A stretch of DNA of 64,000 nucleotides from Sphyrna mokarran (lineage: Eukaryota): positions 28,210,001 through 28,274,000 of the forward strand of contig JAGIQG010000015.1 of NCBI GenBank assembly GCA_024679065.1, given 5' to 3'. Shown one piece after another: positions 24,243-36,427 of the stretch (position 1 is its first letter; each line of letters begins with the position of its first letter). The position numbers and the translations under genes are program-made. The notes beneath the pieces were generated by a model, which ran no database searches, was not told where the DNA came from, and saw nothing but the letters and a program-made list of their open reading frames with translations.

Positions 24243-24567
24243 TAGCATAGTGGTTCGTACTGCTGCTTTACAGCTCCAGGGACCTGAATTCAATTCCCGC
24301 CTTGGGTCACTGCCTGTGTGGAGTTTGCACATTCTCCTCGGTGGGTTTCCTCCAGATGCTCCAGTTTCCTCCCATAGTCCACAGATGTGTGGATTAGGTT
24401 GATTGGCCAAGCTAAAAAATTGCCCTTAGTATCCTGAGATGCGTAGGTTATAGGGGTTAGTGGGTAAATATGTAGGGATATGGGGGTAGGACCTGGGTGG
24501 GATTGTGATTGGTGCAGACTCAATGGGCTGACTGGACTCTTTCTGTACTGTAGGGTTTCTATGATTT
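24243..24567 (+). mobile_element. HE1-like SINE
   Basis: tRNA-like head, V-domain-like core and ttctatgattt tail. Confidence 0.85.
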
Positions 24568-24999
24568 CTTTGAACTCTGGTATCTTCTCCTCCAGCTCGC
24601 TAGAACTTTGTTGCTTCTACTGTAGCTGCCACCTTTGTGCTCTGAAATTTGAAGAACAGCAGCCCTGTCATCTGTATTGGATGGGATTTGTCTCTTGCTG
24701 CTTGTCTAGTAAGTGCTTCTTCCCTTTCTGGCCCCTTCTTCTTTTTGATCCTCCTACCAATTGTTAATCATCTGGCTCTCTGCTAGTTCTTCCTCCATTG
24801 ATTTGGTCTGTTGAGGTTCAGGAGGCAGTGTTGGTGTATGGTGCTCTGATGCCACATTCTTTTCCTTTCTCTTGTCTATCTCTGTGTCCTCCTTTGTCCC
24901 AATTTGTTCACTAGAGGTGTTACATACCCCTGGTTTGGGACCCCACATGTGGCATGCTTCACCTCTTAAGGATCCTTATGTTAGACAATGAAGCTAAGC

Positions 25000-25300
25000 T
25001 TTAAGTTTAAGCTTACTTATTTGTGTCACAAGTAGGCTTACGTTAATACTGCAATGAAGTTACTGTGTAAATCCCCTAGTCGCCACACTCGTGCCTGTTT
25101 GGGTACACCAAGGAAGAATTTAGCATGACAATGCACTTAACCAGCATATCTTTTGGACTGTGGGAGGAAACCGGAGCACCCAGAGAAAACTAATGCAGAC
25201 ACATGGAGAATTTGCAGACTCGCACAGACAGTGACCCAAGCCAGGAATTGAATCCAGATCTCTGGTGCTATGAGACAGCAGTGCTAATTACTGTTCCATG
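25000..25300 (-). mobile_element. HE1-related SINE with an alternative tail
   Basis: ggactgtgggaggaaaccggagcaccc core; tail shared with 30530, 32110 and 49760. Confidence 0.8.
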
Positions 25301-25959
25301 ATAGTGTCACAAGCCCACCATGGAAAACAAACAACCAAAAAAGACATTCCAATATAAAGGGGTAAAAAGCTGATGTTTTTGCTAAAACTCCCCAGAAAAA
25401 AAAATGAAATCCACAAAAAACACTAGCATATATCCAGGGTCAACCATGATCATGGTCTCTCCCCTGCCAGGTAAGTTGGTTTTGGGATCACAGCTCTGTC
25501 TTAGTGTGCTAACTGCATTCTGCAGCATGGATGTAGTTCTGTTATAGCTTCAACAGATTGCCACCTCATTTCTAGGTATGGCTGGCTCCTGGTATGTGCT
25601 CCTGCATTTGTCATGAAACCCATTAATGTACATGTCCCTGGGTTTTAACTTAGCAGTCTTTGGGAATTGTAACATTTAAGGTACAGGATGTTCCAATGCT
25701 TGTTACAACAAGTCCCACAGAAACAGGGATTGACAGAAGTCTCAGTTGAGTTAAAAAGTTAAGAGAATTGTTGGAGAAAATATATCTCTTTGGAGCAGTG
25801 GTGTCATAGATCTGAAAATGCGCTTGTGAAATCCAGGAAGAAGAAATTTTGGAAGACGAGACTGAAACCCTGTGAGGTTCACCATTGTTAAAAGCCATCT
25901 GAGTGGGAGTGACTTTTGAAGAGAATTCCAAAGAAAATCTTCAAAGATGGAGATTGAGT

Positions 25960-27245
25960 ACTTGATTCATGAAAAGGAAGTCGTACTTGATGAATTTACT
26001 GGATTTTTATGAAGATGTGACTGGTGCAGTAGACAGAGGGGAACCGGTGATTATGGTGTTTTTAGATTTCCAGAAGGTGTTCAATAAGGTGCCTCACAAA
26101 AGGTTGCTGCAGAAGGTTAGCTTATACAGAGTTGTGGGTAAAGTGCTAGTGTGGATTGGGGATTGGCTATCTAACAGGAAGCAGAGAGTTGGAATAAATA
26201 GGTGCTTTTCTGGTTGGCAGTTGGTGACTAGTAGAGTGCCGCAGGGATCACTGCTGGGGCCTCAACTGTTACCATATACATAAACGATCTGGAGGAGAGG
26301 GCTGAGTGTAGGATAACAAAATTTGCTGATGACACAAAGATGAGTGAAAAAGCGAACTGCATGGAGAACGTGGAAAGTCTGCAGAGAGATTTGGATAGGC
26401 TGAGTCATTGGGCGAGGACCTGGCAGATGGAGTATAACGTTAACAAAAATGAGGTTATCACTTTGGAAGAAATAATACTAGGATGGAATATTATTTAAAT
26501 GGTGAAAAGTTGCAGCATGCTACTGTGCAGAGGGATCTGGGTGTCCTTGTGCATGAATCGCAAAAACTCAGTCTGCAGGTGCAGCAGGTGATCAGCAAAT
26601 GGAATATTGGCCTTTATCACGTGTGGGATAGAATATAGAAGCAGGGAGGTCTTGCTGCAACTGTATAAGGCACTGATGAGGCCGCAACTGGAGTACTGTG
26701 CGCAGTTTTGGTCCCCTTATTTGCAAAAGGATATATTGGTCTTGGAGGGAGTACAGAGAAGGTTCAACAGGCTGATGCTGGAGATGAGGGGGATAGCTTA
26801 TGAGGAGAGATTGAATAGACTGGGCCTGTACTCGTTAGAGTTTAGAAGGCTGAAGGGAGATCTTATAGAGGCTTACAAGATAATGAAGAGGGTAAATAGA
26901 GTGGAGATAGATTCTTTCCACTTAAAAAAGAAACCAGAACTAAAGGGCATAGCCTCAAAATAAGGGGAGTGGGCAGTTTAGAACAGAATTGAGGAGGAAC
27001 TTCTTCTCTCAGAGAGTGGTGAATCTCTGGAATTCTCTGCCTGTTGAAGTGGTGGAGGCTACCTCGTTGAATATGTTTAAGTCACGGGTAAATAGATTTC
27101 TGATCGATAAGGGAATTCAGGGTTATGGGGAGCAGGCGGGTAAGTGGGACTGATCCACTTCAGATTAGCCATGATCTTATTGAATGGCGGGGCAGGCTGT
27201 AAGGTCTAGATAGCCTATTCCTCCTATTTCTTATGTTCTTATGTA
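25960..27245 (+). mobile_element. CR1-like LINE (RT to 3' end), frameshifted
   Basis: LDFQKVFNKVPH, VPQGSLLGP, KFADDTK, LEYCAQFWSP; ttcttatgttcttatg tail. Confidence 0.92.
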
Positions 27246-27335
27246 CTCTTATATGACGCAATTTTGATGAGATTAATTAACTCACAGTGGGACTAATACA
27301 TGAGTGATTTGTTGAAAGGTCCATGGAATCTGTTG

Positions 27336-27645
27336 TAAGAACATAAGAAATAGGAGCAGGAGTAGACCATCTAGCCCTTCGAGCCTGCCCTGCTATCTAA
27401 CAAGATCATGGCTGATTTGAAGTGGATCAGGTCCACTTTCCTGCTTTTTCCCCAGAACCCTTAACTCCCTTGTCTATCAGAAACTTATCTACCCATGACT
27501 TAAATATATTCAGTGAGGTAGCCTCCACTACTTCAATGGGCAGAAAATTCCAGAGACTCACCACCCTTTGAGTGAAGAAGTTCCTCCTCAACTCCGATTT
27601 AAACTGTCCCCTCCTTATTTTGAGACTGTGCCCTCTAGTTCTGCT
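27336..27645 (-). mobile_element. CR1-like LINE 3' fragment, same subfamily as 25960-27245
   Basis: RTRGHSLKIRRGQFKSELRRNFFTQRVV; taagaacataagaa tail. Confidence 0.9.
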
Positions 27646-29461
27646 TTTGGTTGCACCTGTCATTTAACTCTGTAGTGTGATGTTTATTACTGCAGTTCAT
27701 CTGTTGATTCACATGTACATTAAACTTAACCTGAATGTTAGAAATATCAGGTTTACGTACTGTAAATTGTTTTAACTTTTTGCTTGTTCAAAACCCATGG
27801 AATCTTGTGGCTTTATTCCCTGAGTAGGTGTCTTAATTCTCAACCTTTATCTACGTTAAACAAAATGTTATTGGTTCCTAACCATATCTCCCCCCATATC
27901 CTTGATGTGACCAAGGCTCATAACAAACTTCTCATTAAACTAAGGTTGGTCTACTAGTTTGGTGATAATGTAAAGTATATGGTGAACCATTAATTGTCAA
28001 CCAAAGGGAAATTAACTCTGTGAATTTAACTTGGAGCCAAAAATGCAATGCACACAATCAGGAACCAATCTATATCATTGGACACTGACACATAATGTGC
28101 AACCATTGCACGTACATAATGTGATACAATGCAGATTGGGAAACCAATTTAGTACTGAAGACCGACAGACCATGACTATGGGAACAAAAATTATATTACA
28201 GGTTGGATTTCCAAAATCTGGCTGTTTGAAATCCAAAAACCGGACATTTTTAAAAAATATTCCATTTGATATTCAGTTAAATTAAATTTTGATAAATTTG
28301 GGGCAATTTGGCTAGGCTATAGTTTTAGTGGTGTCCTGGACTAGTTATTGGATTTTCTGTTTTGTTCAGTGGTAGACCAGTCTAGTTCTTGTGCTCCAAA
28401 TCAACGCAAATGACTCTCAACTCCACCTGACTTGGCTGTCTGAAATCAGAGAAAATTTTAAATTCAGCATGGCCTTAATTCAGTGGGATTTTGATGTCCA
28501 ACCTACATTTATATATTGCACTTGTACACTGTGTAAATGAACATTAGAAGGCCCCTGATGAAAGCAAGCATATTGCACCAATGATATCCCAGGCTGTCCA
28601 CTCGTAGGGTTGATGCCTGGAAATAATTCGGAGCCTTAAATAAAATCAGCCGTGACATTATTGCACCACCTTGATTTGCTGGCAGCAGAGTATATGGTAA
28701 AGTTGTTGTAGAACTGAATATTCCCAAAACTAGAGAAGTAACTTTTGTTTCAATTCAATAAATAAAGGATTATGAAATATTTGATAATTTTTATGCAGTT
28801 AAAGGGATTGTGTGCAGTTTGATGACTTCCAGTCTCCATTGAGAAAACTCACACATTTCTTTGTAAAAAAACTTCCAAGATGTGTGCATTTTTCTTTTTT
28901 AAGTTGTTACTTTGCATTCATCCTTCAACTTGTAATTTTTAAAATGTTGAACTATATTCAACCTTGTTGAATATTTTTCATTAATTTAGGCAAGTAAAGG
29001 TTGTGCACCACACCAACCTTCATTTTTGTTGCTTCATACAATTTGTCTAGTTGTCCCAAAGAGTGGCCATTAAACAAGTTGCACTATATAGTTTTAAAAT
29101 GGAAGCGAATAAATGTTTGAAGGTAAAAAGACAAGGAAGGATATGAGGAAAGAGCAAAGAAATTAGACAAAACAAACAACTCTTTCAGGGAACTGCTGAT
29201 GGTGGTGCCAAGAATTGAATGACCTTTTCTGTATTGTAAAATTCTATGATTTCCAGTTTTGGAGCATTGATTTTTTTCTTTTTTTCCACTCCTTCCCCAG
29301 CAAAAGAATGCTTGGAGGCAGGACTATGCCAGCATTAATGCAAGTATCACACTCTGTTAAACTTCTAGGGTATACAGTTTTAACAGAGTGCTTTCACTTA
29401 CATCATACCATCTGGAATAATCCCACCTTCCCATTCTGCTGCTTTCTCACTCTCCATGCAG

Positions 29462-29604
29462 GCAGAGGAAGCAAGAGATACATGATACATGTGCCCACAA
29501 ATCCCATGGAAGAGCAGACTTTGAAGAAAGCTGATAAAAAGAGACAGAGAAAGCAAGGTAGAGAAAATGAGGAAATAAGAAAATACAGAATAGAAAGCAC
29601 TTGA
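29462..29604 (+). other. Candidate terminal coding exon (phase 1) followed by AATAAA
   Basis: Long pyrimidine tract ending catgcag|; purine-rich open frame RGSKRYMIHVPTNPMEEQTLKKADKKRQRKQGRENEEIRKYRIEST*; AATAAA at 29608-29613. Confidence 0.3.
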
Positions 29605-30529
29605 AAAAATAAATTAATGCCATTTTACACTTTGATCTGAAGGTTGCAGCTTATGTCAATTTATAGAAATCATAGAAAATTTATAACACAGGAGGCCATT
29701 TAGCCCAGCATATCCATGCTGATGACAAAGAGCTATCCAACCTTACTCGCACTGATTTCTACCGGTCACAGAAGTTTAAGTAGATATTTAAGCACATTTT
29801 AAATATGCTGAAAGTTTCTGCCTCTGACATCTTTTTTCGAGTGCCAAGTCCCTATCAAATCATTGGGGAAGCATTTTCCCAAAATAGCTCACTAGAGTAT
29901 TTTTTAAAGTGTTAAAAGCTTTTTTTGTGAGCCATCATACCAACATGATTTTCGACAGCAATTGATGCCCACCCAACTGGGTGTGAAATCATTTCAATGT
30001 ATGATTCATATAAGACATTTGTCTGAAAGAAGCAATTATTCCATCAGTATTAGGAGACTCAGTCTTTCCAATAATAGATAAAGTGTCTGTCAGATCAAGC
30101 CCAAGATGGGGTGCAATGCCTTATCTTGTGAACTTGAATTTTGTTTAGACTTCCGAATGGGAATCTTGAATTGGATTCAATTTGAATTTAGTTTCTGGAG
30201 CAAGCGAAGAATGGTTTGGGTTTGCCTGATTCATTCTGAGCTTTGGCTTTGTAATTTTAAAGATGGGGTTAAAAAAAAATAACTGGATGGTGGAATCAGT
30301 GACTGGACCCTGAACATCAAATTGTGATATCAGGAGAAATTTCTTCACCTCGAGGGAGGTAAATGTATGGAAATTGCTATCACAGAAAGTTAATGAGGCC
30401 AAAACATTGTCTGATTTCAAGAAGAAAATAGATTGGGGGGAAGGGCAGATCAGGATATTGGATTTGATGAATGCTGGAGCAGGCTTGAAGAGCCAAATGG
30501 CGTACTCCTGCTTCTTGTTTCTCTAAAGT

Positions 30530-30757
30530 TTATTTATAAGTCACAAATAAGGCTACGTTAGCTCTGCAATAGTTACTACTGTGAAATTCTCCTAGTCACC
30601 ACACTCCAGCACCTATTTGCGTCAGTGCACCTAACTAGCATGTCTTTCAGACTCGGAGCACTCAAAGGAAACCCACGTAGACAATGACCCAAGTTGGGAA
30701 TCAAACCCAAGTCCCTGGTGCTGTGAGGCAGCAGTGCTAACCACTGTACCACCCACG
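30530..30757 (-). mobile_element. HE1-related SINE, internally deleted
   Basis: ctgtgaggcagcagtgctaaccact is the reverse complement of the tRNA-like head. Confidence 0.75.
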
Positions 30758-31504
30758 GTTATTACATGCAAACTGGGATGAAATCAGATGGGCTGCAAAA
30801 GCCAAGGTCTCCCTCACCCACTGACAGCTGCTTTAAGCTGTGTTTATGCTCTTGGTCTACACACCTCTTCCCAGTGCCGGATTTAGGCATAAGTTAAACA
30901 TGCTACAGCTTAGGGCCTCACAGTCTGCAGAGGCCTCACAAAATTTCAAAAGGTTTACAATGAAGAGAACATTTAACAGGGGTTACCAGAAAAGAAAAAG
31001 AAAGCACCAACTTGAAGCTCTATGAGAGAGATCAAAACAGCTAATTGATAAATATGTAATCAGTAAATGCATTCATTTGAAAATAATTTGTATTTTTCAC
31101 TTTAAATACCTTGTTATTAAATAATTAAAATGCATAATTATGTTTTCAATCTTTCCGTGGCTACCCAAGGTCCTGTTTTGGTACGCACCTTTGTGAGACC
31201 TTTTGCTGTAACTTTTTAACAAGGGGCCTCCAAGCTTTATATGGCTTAGGACCTCACCAAGTCTAAATCCGACACTGCCTTCCCTCGCCAACGCCCCCCC
31301 ACCCTTTTAAATGTGGATCATTTCTTTAAAAAATACGTACAATCGAATGGTTTTAAAAAGCCTAGCGTCAAATACGAGGAATAAAACAAAACAAAACGTT
31401 GATTGACGAAGGATGAGATCAGAGATTGCACTCACACCAGGGAAGGCAGAGCGGCAGGTGCCCTGAACACACCTGGCCACCCGCTCGGGCCCAGGCAGTG
31501 CCCG

Positions 31505-31518
31505 GTTTCCAGGGCAAC
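31505..31518 (+). promoter_or_regulatory. RFX X-box in the GC-rich MOK promoter (~31420-31660)
   Basis: GTTTCCAGGGCAAC fits the palindromic X-box (GTTNCCATGGNAAC-like) ~140 bp upstream of the ATG; RFX factors regulate ciliary genes. Confidence 0.7.
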
Positions 31519-31658
31519 GGCGATGTGAGATGGCGGCTTGTCTCTCCCCTTCCCCCAGCCGCTTGTCAGTTCTCGAGTGTTGCTGAGTGGAGGGTGGGGG
31601 GGGAGGAAATGAAGGCTCGAATCACGGATATGCATTTAGACTTTAAACCCACCAACCG

Positions 31659-31668
31659 ATGATGAATC
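31659..31668 (+). CDS. MOK: MOK coding exon 1
   Basis: ATG ATG AAT C|gtaaga; a very short phase-1 exon in frame with exon 2. The start could be the second ATG (31662). Confidence 0.75.
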
Positions 31669-31918
31669 GTAAGAACTATATATATATATATATATTTAAC
31701 CGAATAGAGCAGAGGTCGGACATTTGCTCCTCGGAGATCACTCTGCCATCTTGTGCACACCTGAGTATCTGCTGTGAGTGCCAAGCGAAAATGAGTGTTA
31801 CCTGCTGCTGGAAAAGGGCATAGAAATCCATCAATGTTAAAAATAAAACAGAGCCGTTCGGGTTTGTTGTAAACCAGCGTTGCTTTGTTTAACTAAATGT
31901 TGATTTCTTTTTGAAAAG

Positions 31919-32033
31919 AATATCGACTAATAGCTAAAATCGGCGAAGGGACATTTTCAGAGGTCTGGAAAGCGCAAAGCTTAAAGGATGGGACCTACTA
32001 TGCATGTAAAAAAATGAAACAGCATATTGAAAG
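31919..32033 (+). CDS. MOK: MOK exon 2 (Gly-rich loop, catalytic Lys)
   Basis: ag|AA TAT CGA... YRLIAKIGEGTFSEVWKAQSLKDGTYYACKKMKQHIES |gtaaat, 115 nt. Confidence 0.95.
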
Positions 32034-32109
32034 GTAAATTCAAATTATGTTCGCACTGTGAATCAACTTATTCACCACGGTTTAATATGTTGTGCAATCG
32101 CTTTTTAAG

Positions 32110-32380
32110 TTAAGTTTAAATTTATTTATTAGTGTAACAAGTAAGCTTACATTAACACTGCAGTGAAGTTATACTGTGAAGGTCTCTTAGTAGCCACGCT
32201 CTGGCCCTGTTTGGATACACTGAAGGAGAATTTAGTATGGCCAATGCAACTAATCAGCGCGTCTTTCGGAATGTGGGAGGAAACTCAGACGTGGGGAGAA
32301 CTCAGCACAAACAGTGACCCAAACTGGGAATGGAATCTGGGTCCCTAGTGTTGTGAGGCAGCAGTGCTAACCATCACCAC
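32110..32380 (-). mobile_element. HE1-related SINE
   Basis: tgtgaggcagcagtgctaacca head; same tail as the 25000 copy. Confidence 0.8.
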
Positions 32381-32448
32381 CCTATTGATATCATTTTGGA
32401 GTTTATGTTGGAGAGCTAGGATTCTCTGGATTACCCTAGATTACCCTA

Positions 32449-33985
32449 GTATTCTCTGGGAGGCAAGAGAGGCAATTGCAGAGCCTCTGGCTCTGATCTT
32501 CAGGTCGTCGTTACGGGTATAGTGCCGGAAGACTGGAGGATAGCGAATGTGGTCCCATTGTTCAAGAAGGGGAAGAGAGACTTTCCGGGGCATTATAGGC
32601 CGGTGAATCTTACTTCTATTGTGGGCAAAGTATTGGAGAGAATTATTAGGGATAGGATTTATAGTTATTTAGAGAGAAATGAATTGATTGGGGATAGTCA
32701 GCATGGTTTTGTGAAGGGTAGGTCGTGCCTTACTAACCTTATTGAGTTTTTTGAAAAAGTGACCAAAGAGCTGGATGGGGGTAAGGCAGTTGATGTGGTA
32801 TATATCGACTTTAGTAAGGCGTTCGATAAGGAGGCCCTTGGAAGGCTTCTGCAGAAAATGCAGATGTATGGGATTGAGGGTGATTTAGCTAATTGGATTA
32901 GGAATTGGCTAGCAGATAGAAGACAGAGGGTAGTGGTTGATGGAAGATATTCATCGTGGAGTTCGGTTACTAGTGGAGTACCTCAGGGATCTGTTTTGGG
33001 GCCCCTGCTGTTTGTAATTTTTATAAATGATCTGGATGAGGGTATTGAAGGATGGATTAGTAAATTTGCGGATGACACCAAAGTCGGAGGAGTGGTAGAT
33101 AGTGAAGAGGGGTGTTATAGTTTGCAGAGAGACTTGGACAAGTTGCAGAGCTGGGCCCAGAGGTGGCAAATGGAGTTTAATGTGGAAAAGTGTGAGGTAA
33201 TTCACTTTGGCAGGAATAACAAATGTGTAGAGTATAGGGCTAATGGTAGGACTCTCAATGGTGTTGATGAACAGAGGGATCTTAGTGTATATGTTAATAG
33301 ATCCCTGAAAGTTGGCAATCAAGTCGATAAGGTTGTTAAGAAGGCATATGGAGTCTTAGCTTTTATTGGTAGGGGGATTGAATTTCGGAGCCGCAACGTC
33401 ATGTTGCAACTGTACAAAACTCTAGTGCAGCCACACTTGGAGTATTGTGTGCAGTTCTGGTCCCCACATTATAAGAAAGATGTGGAGGCATTGGAGAGGG
33501 TACAGAGGAGGTTTACCAGGATGTTGCCTGGTATGGAGGGCAGATCTTATGAAGAGAGGCTGAGGGATTTGAGGTTGTTTTCATTAGAAAGGAGGCGGCT
33601 AAGAGGGGACCTTATTGAAACATATAAGATGATTAGAGGTTTAGATAGGGTGGACAGTGATAGCCTTTTTCCTAGGATGGAGAAAGCTAGCACGAGGGGA
33701 CATAGCTTTAAATTAAGGGGTGGTGGTTATAGGACAGATGTCAGACGTAGGGTTCTTTACCCAGAGGGTGGTAAGGGTATGGAATGGTAAGGGTATGGAA
33801 TGCCCTGTCTGCGTCAGTTGTAGATGCGCCAAGTTTGGTGGCGTTTAAGAGGTTAGTAGATAAGTTTATGGACGAAAAGGGAATGGTTTAGGTTAGAGGG
33901 TCATTGCTTTTTCCTAATTGGTCGGTGCAACATCGAAGGCCAAAGGGCCTGTTCTGCGCTGTAATGTTCTATGTTCTATGTTCTA
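32449..33985 (+). mobile_element. Young CR1/HER1-like LINE (subfamily A) with a long uninterrupted RT frame
   Basis: 422-codon ORF with YRPVNLTS, QHGF, DFSKAFDK, GVPQGSVLGP and FADDTK; (atgttct)n tail. Confidence 0.97.
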
Positions 33986-34039
33986 GCTGTCTGTTTATTT
34001 TGGAGAACTATTTGTGTGGTCTGTAAATTTCCAACTTGT

Positions 34040-34960
34040 GTCCTCCATGTTCAAGTCCAAATTATTAACATATAAGACAAACATCAGGGGTCCCAACACT
34101 GAGTCTGTGGAATACCACTTGAAACAGCTTTCCATTCATAAGGGCAGCCATTGACCATTATTACTATTGACCTGTTACTAAACCAAATTTGGATCCAGTT
34201 CACCATTCTACCCTGTATCCCACGAGCTTTAACTTTTTTGACCAGTCTGCCATGTGAGACCTTGTCAAATGCCTTATTAAAATTCAGGTAAATAACATCC
34301 ATTGCATTATCCTCATCGATGCTCCTTGTCATTTCCTCAAAGAATTCAATCAAATTTGTAAGGCATGACGTTTCCTAACAAAACCATGCTGGCTATCGCT
34401 CCCTGTTTCATGTCTTTCTAAGTGGCAGTTAATCTGATCTTTCTGTATTGATTCTAACAATTTGCCCAACCTCAAAGTAAGGTAACTGGTTGATAGATTG
34501 TTTAGCAATTCCTTCATACCCTTTTTATACGATAGAACCAAATTTACATTCCTTCAGTCCTCTGGTACCTCACTTTGTCTCATGAACATTTGAAAATAAT
34601 CTCAAAATAAATGCTATTTTGTCCCTGACCCCCTTCAATGTCCTAGGATACAATCCATCCAGCTCTGGTGACTTTTCCACTTTCATGGATTCTTTACCAC
34701 TTCCTCTCTCATTACGATTATTTCATCTAACATTTCACACTGCTCCTCTTGAATTACTGTATCCACATCATCCCTTTCCTTTGTGAATACGGACACAAAA
34801 AATTCATTTAGAACTCTTACCATTATCTTCTATGTCATCACACAAGTTCCCTTCTTCATCTCTGATAGGTCCCATGTTTTCCTTAAGTATCCTTTTGTTC
34901 TTTGTGTCCGGATAAAACATCTTTGGGTTTTCCTTAATTTTGCTTGCTGATATTAATGTG
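34040..34960 (-). mobile_element. Degraded CR1-like LINE RT fragment
   Basis: LNFNKAFDKVSH, SQHGFV, IKENPKMFY. Confidence 0.85.
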
Positions 34961-36337
34961 TTGGGAAGGAGGGCTGGAGTATTGGTGGAGCATTTGAGCA
35001 GAATTTTATAAGATTTTTTTCTAGATATCAGGCACATTGCTGGTGCTCATGGTCCAAGATGCACCTCCTGCCGACCTCTCCAGATCAGTCGTGTGCAGAG
35101 TGGCAAAAGGCCCCCTTCCACTCCCCCAGAGGCCCTGACCCTATTGACCTGTCTGGTGTCAGGGTAGCACTACCAGTTTGCCATTGCTCTAGGGGCACCC
35201 CCATTTTGCTCTTAACCTCCCTAGGGGGCTTTGATAGTCTCTGGTTCCATTGGCGAGGCCAACATGACTGTTCCCCATTCATTGGGAGCAGGTGTTTTCC
35301 TCGTTGGATAGAATCTCTCCTGGTGAGGCCATAAAGACAAGCAAGCAGAGACAATTAGCACTCAGCTCAATAAATACATGTTAATAAAGATTTAAATAAA
35401 CTTAACTACATTAACCAGCCTCTTGCCCATTTCCAGTGAGAGGTTGACTGCTTCAGCTGCTGTAAAATTCTGCTCTTTATGTCTACTCCATCAATTTACA
35501 ATTTCCACACTGAGGGTTAAGGTCCTTGAAACAGCCAAAATAGAGTCTGTTTGAACTCAGCATCATGTTCAAATTTTCTTCCTGAGTTCAGATTTCCCTC
35601 CTGTGTGAATCACACCCTGTCCCGTCTTCTAACTTGCAAAAATTGGATTTGTCTGAGATGGTAATGGGACGTACACATTCAGGTCTTCCTGACCTTGTGA
35701 AAATACAGTTCTTAGTTCTATTTTATGATGTTCCTGGTTGTTTTGTGCAGTCTTAATATGCAGCAATGATTTGCAACAGGCAATTTTTCATTTGCATTCT
35801 GTTTTTAAAATTTCTTCTCTAGGTCAGGTTCAAAACTTTTTCTAGTTTCCAATTCCCAGCCTTTTGCTCATGACTCCCTTGCTATAGCAGAGCCTGTACC
35901 CAGTTCTTGACATACACCATCCCTTTCTGCCACCCTGTCACGATTACATTTTTTGTATGACAGTTCTCAGCCAAAACTGATTACAAATAACTTATCATTT
36001 ACCTCACTTCCATTCACTTACTGTTTTCTGCAAAGTGAATGACAGCAGGAAGAAATAACAATTCTGGCCCAGCTGTGCTGTGGCGAGTCAACAAATTTGG
36101 ACTTGAACAGCTGACTTCTCCCCATCTGTCACACCTATCTTTTGATCCCTTCACTGGGAGCGGGCTGATGGATTTATTTAGTCTTCATGCTCTGTATAGC
36201 TCAGTTATTAACCAGATAAATTCACTGAAAATCATGTTTAGTTTTAAACTTTGTAGTTTCATGCTCTTGAATTAGATCTAATGCTAGAAAGCTCCCAGAT
36301 AACCAGCCGTTGTTCTCGATTCAAATTTTGTAATTAG

Positions 36338-36427
36338 CATGGAGCAAGTGAACAATCTACGTGAAATTCAAGCCATGCGCAGACTGTGTTTACATCCTAA
36401 TATTCTTCAGTTACATGAAGTGGCCTA
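36338..36427 (+). CDS. MOK: MOK exon 3
   Basis: ag|C ATG GAG... MEQVNNLREIQAMRRLCLHPNILQLHEVA TA|gtaagt, 90 nt. Confidence 0.95.

Larger units (their letters stand above)
25620..27925 (+). mobile_element. LTR-like repeat split by two CR1 insertions
   Basis: Pieces at ~25880 and 27790-27925 match the 15055-15730 family; ends ATAACA. Confidence 0.35.

Noticed and set aside
32522-33790. 422-aa RT ORF as a domesticated host gene or retron-like system
   Set aside because: It has a non-ATG start, is 5'-truncated and frameshifted near its end, and is near-identical to other CR1 copies in the window.
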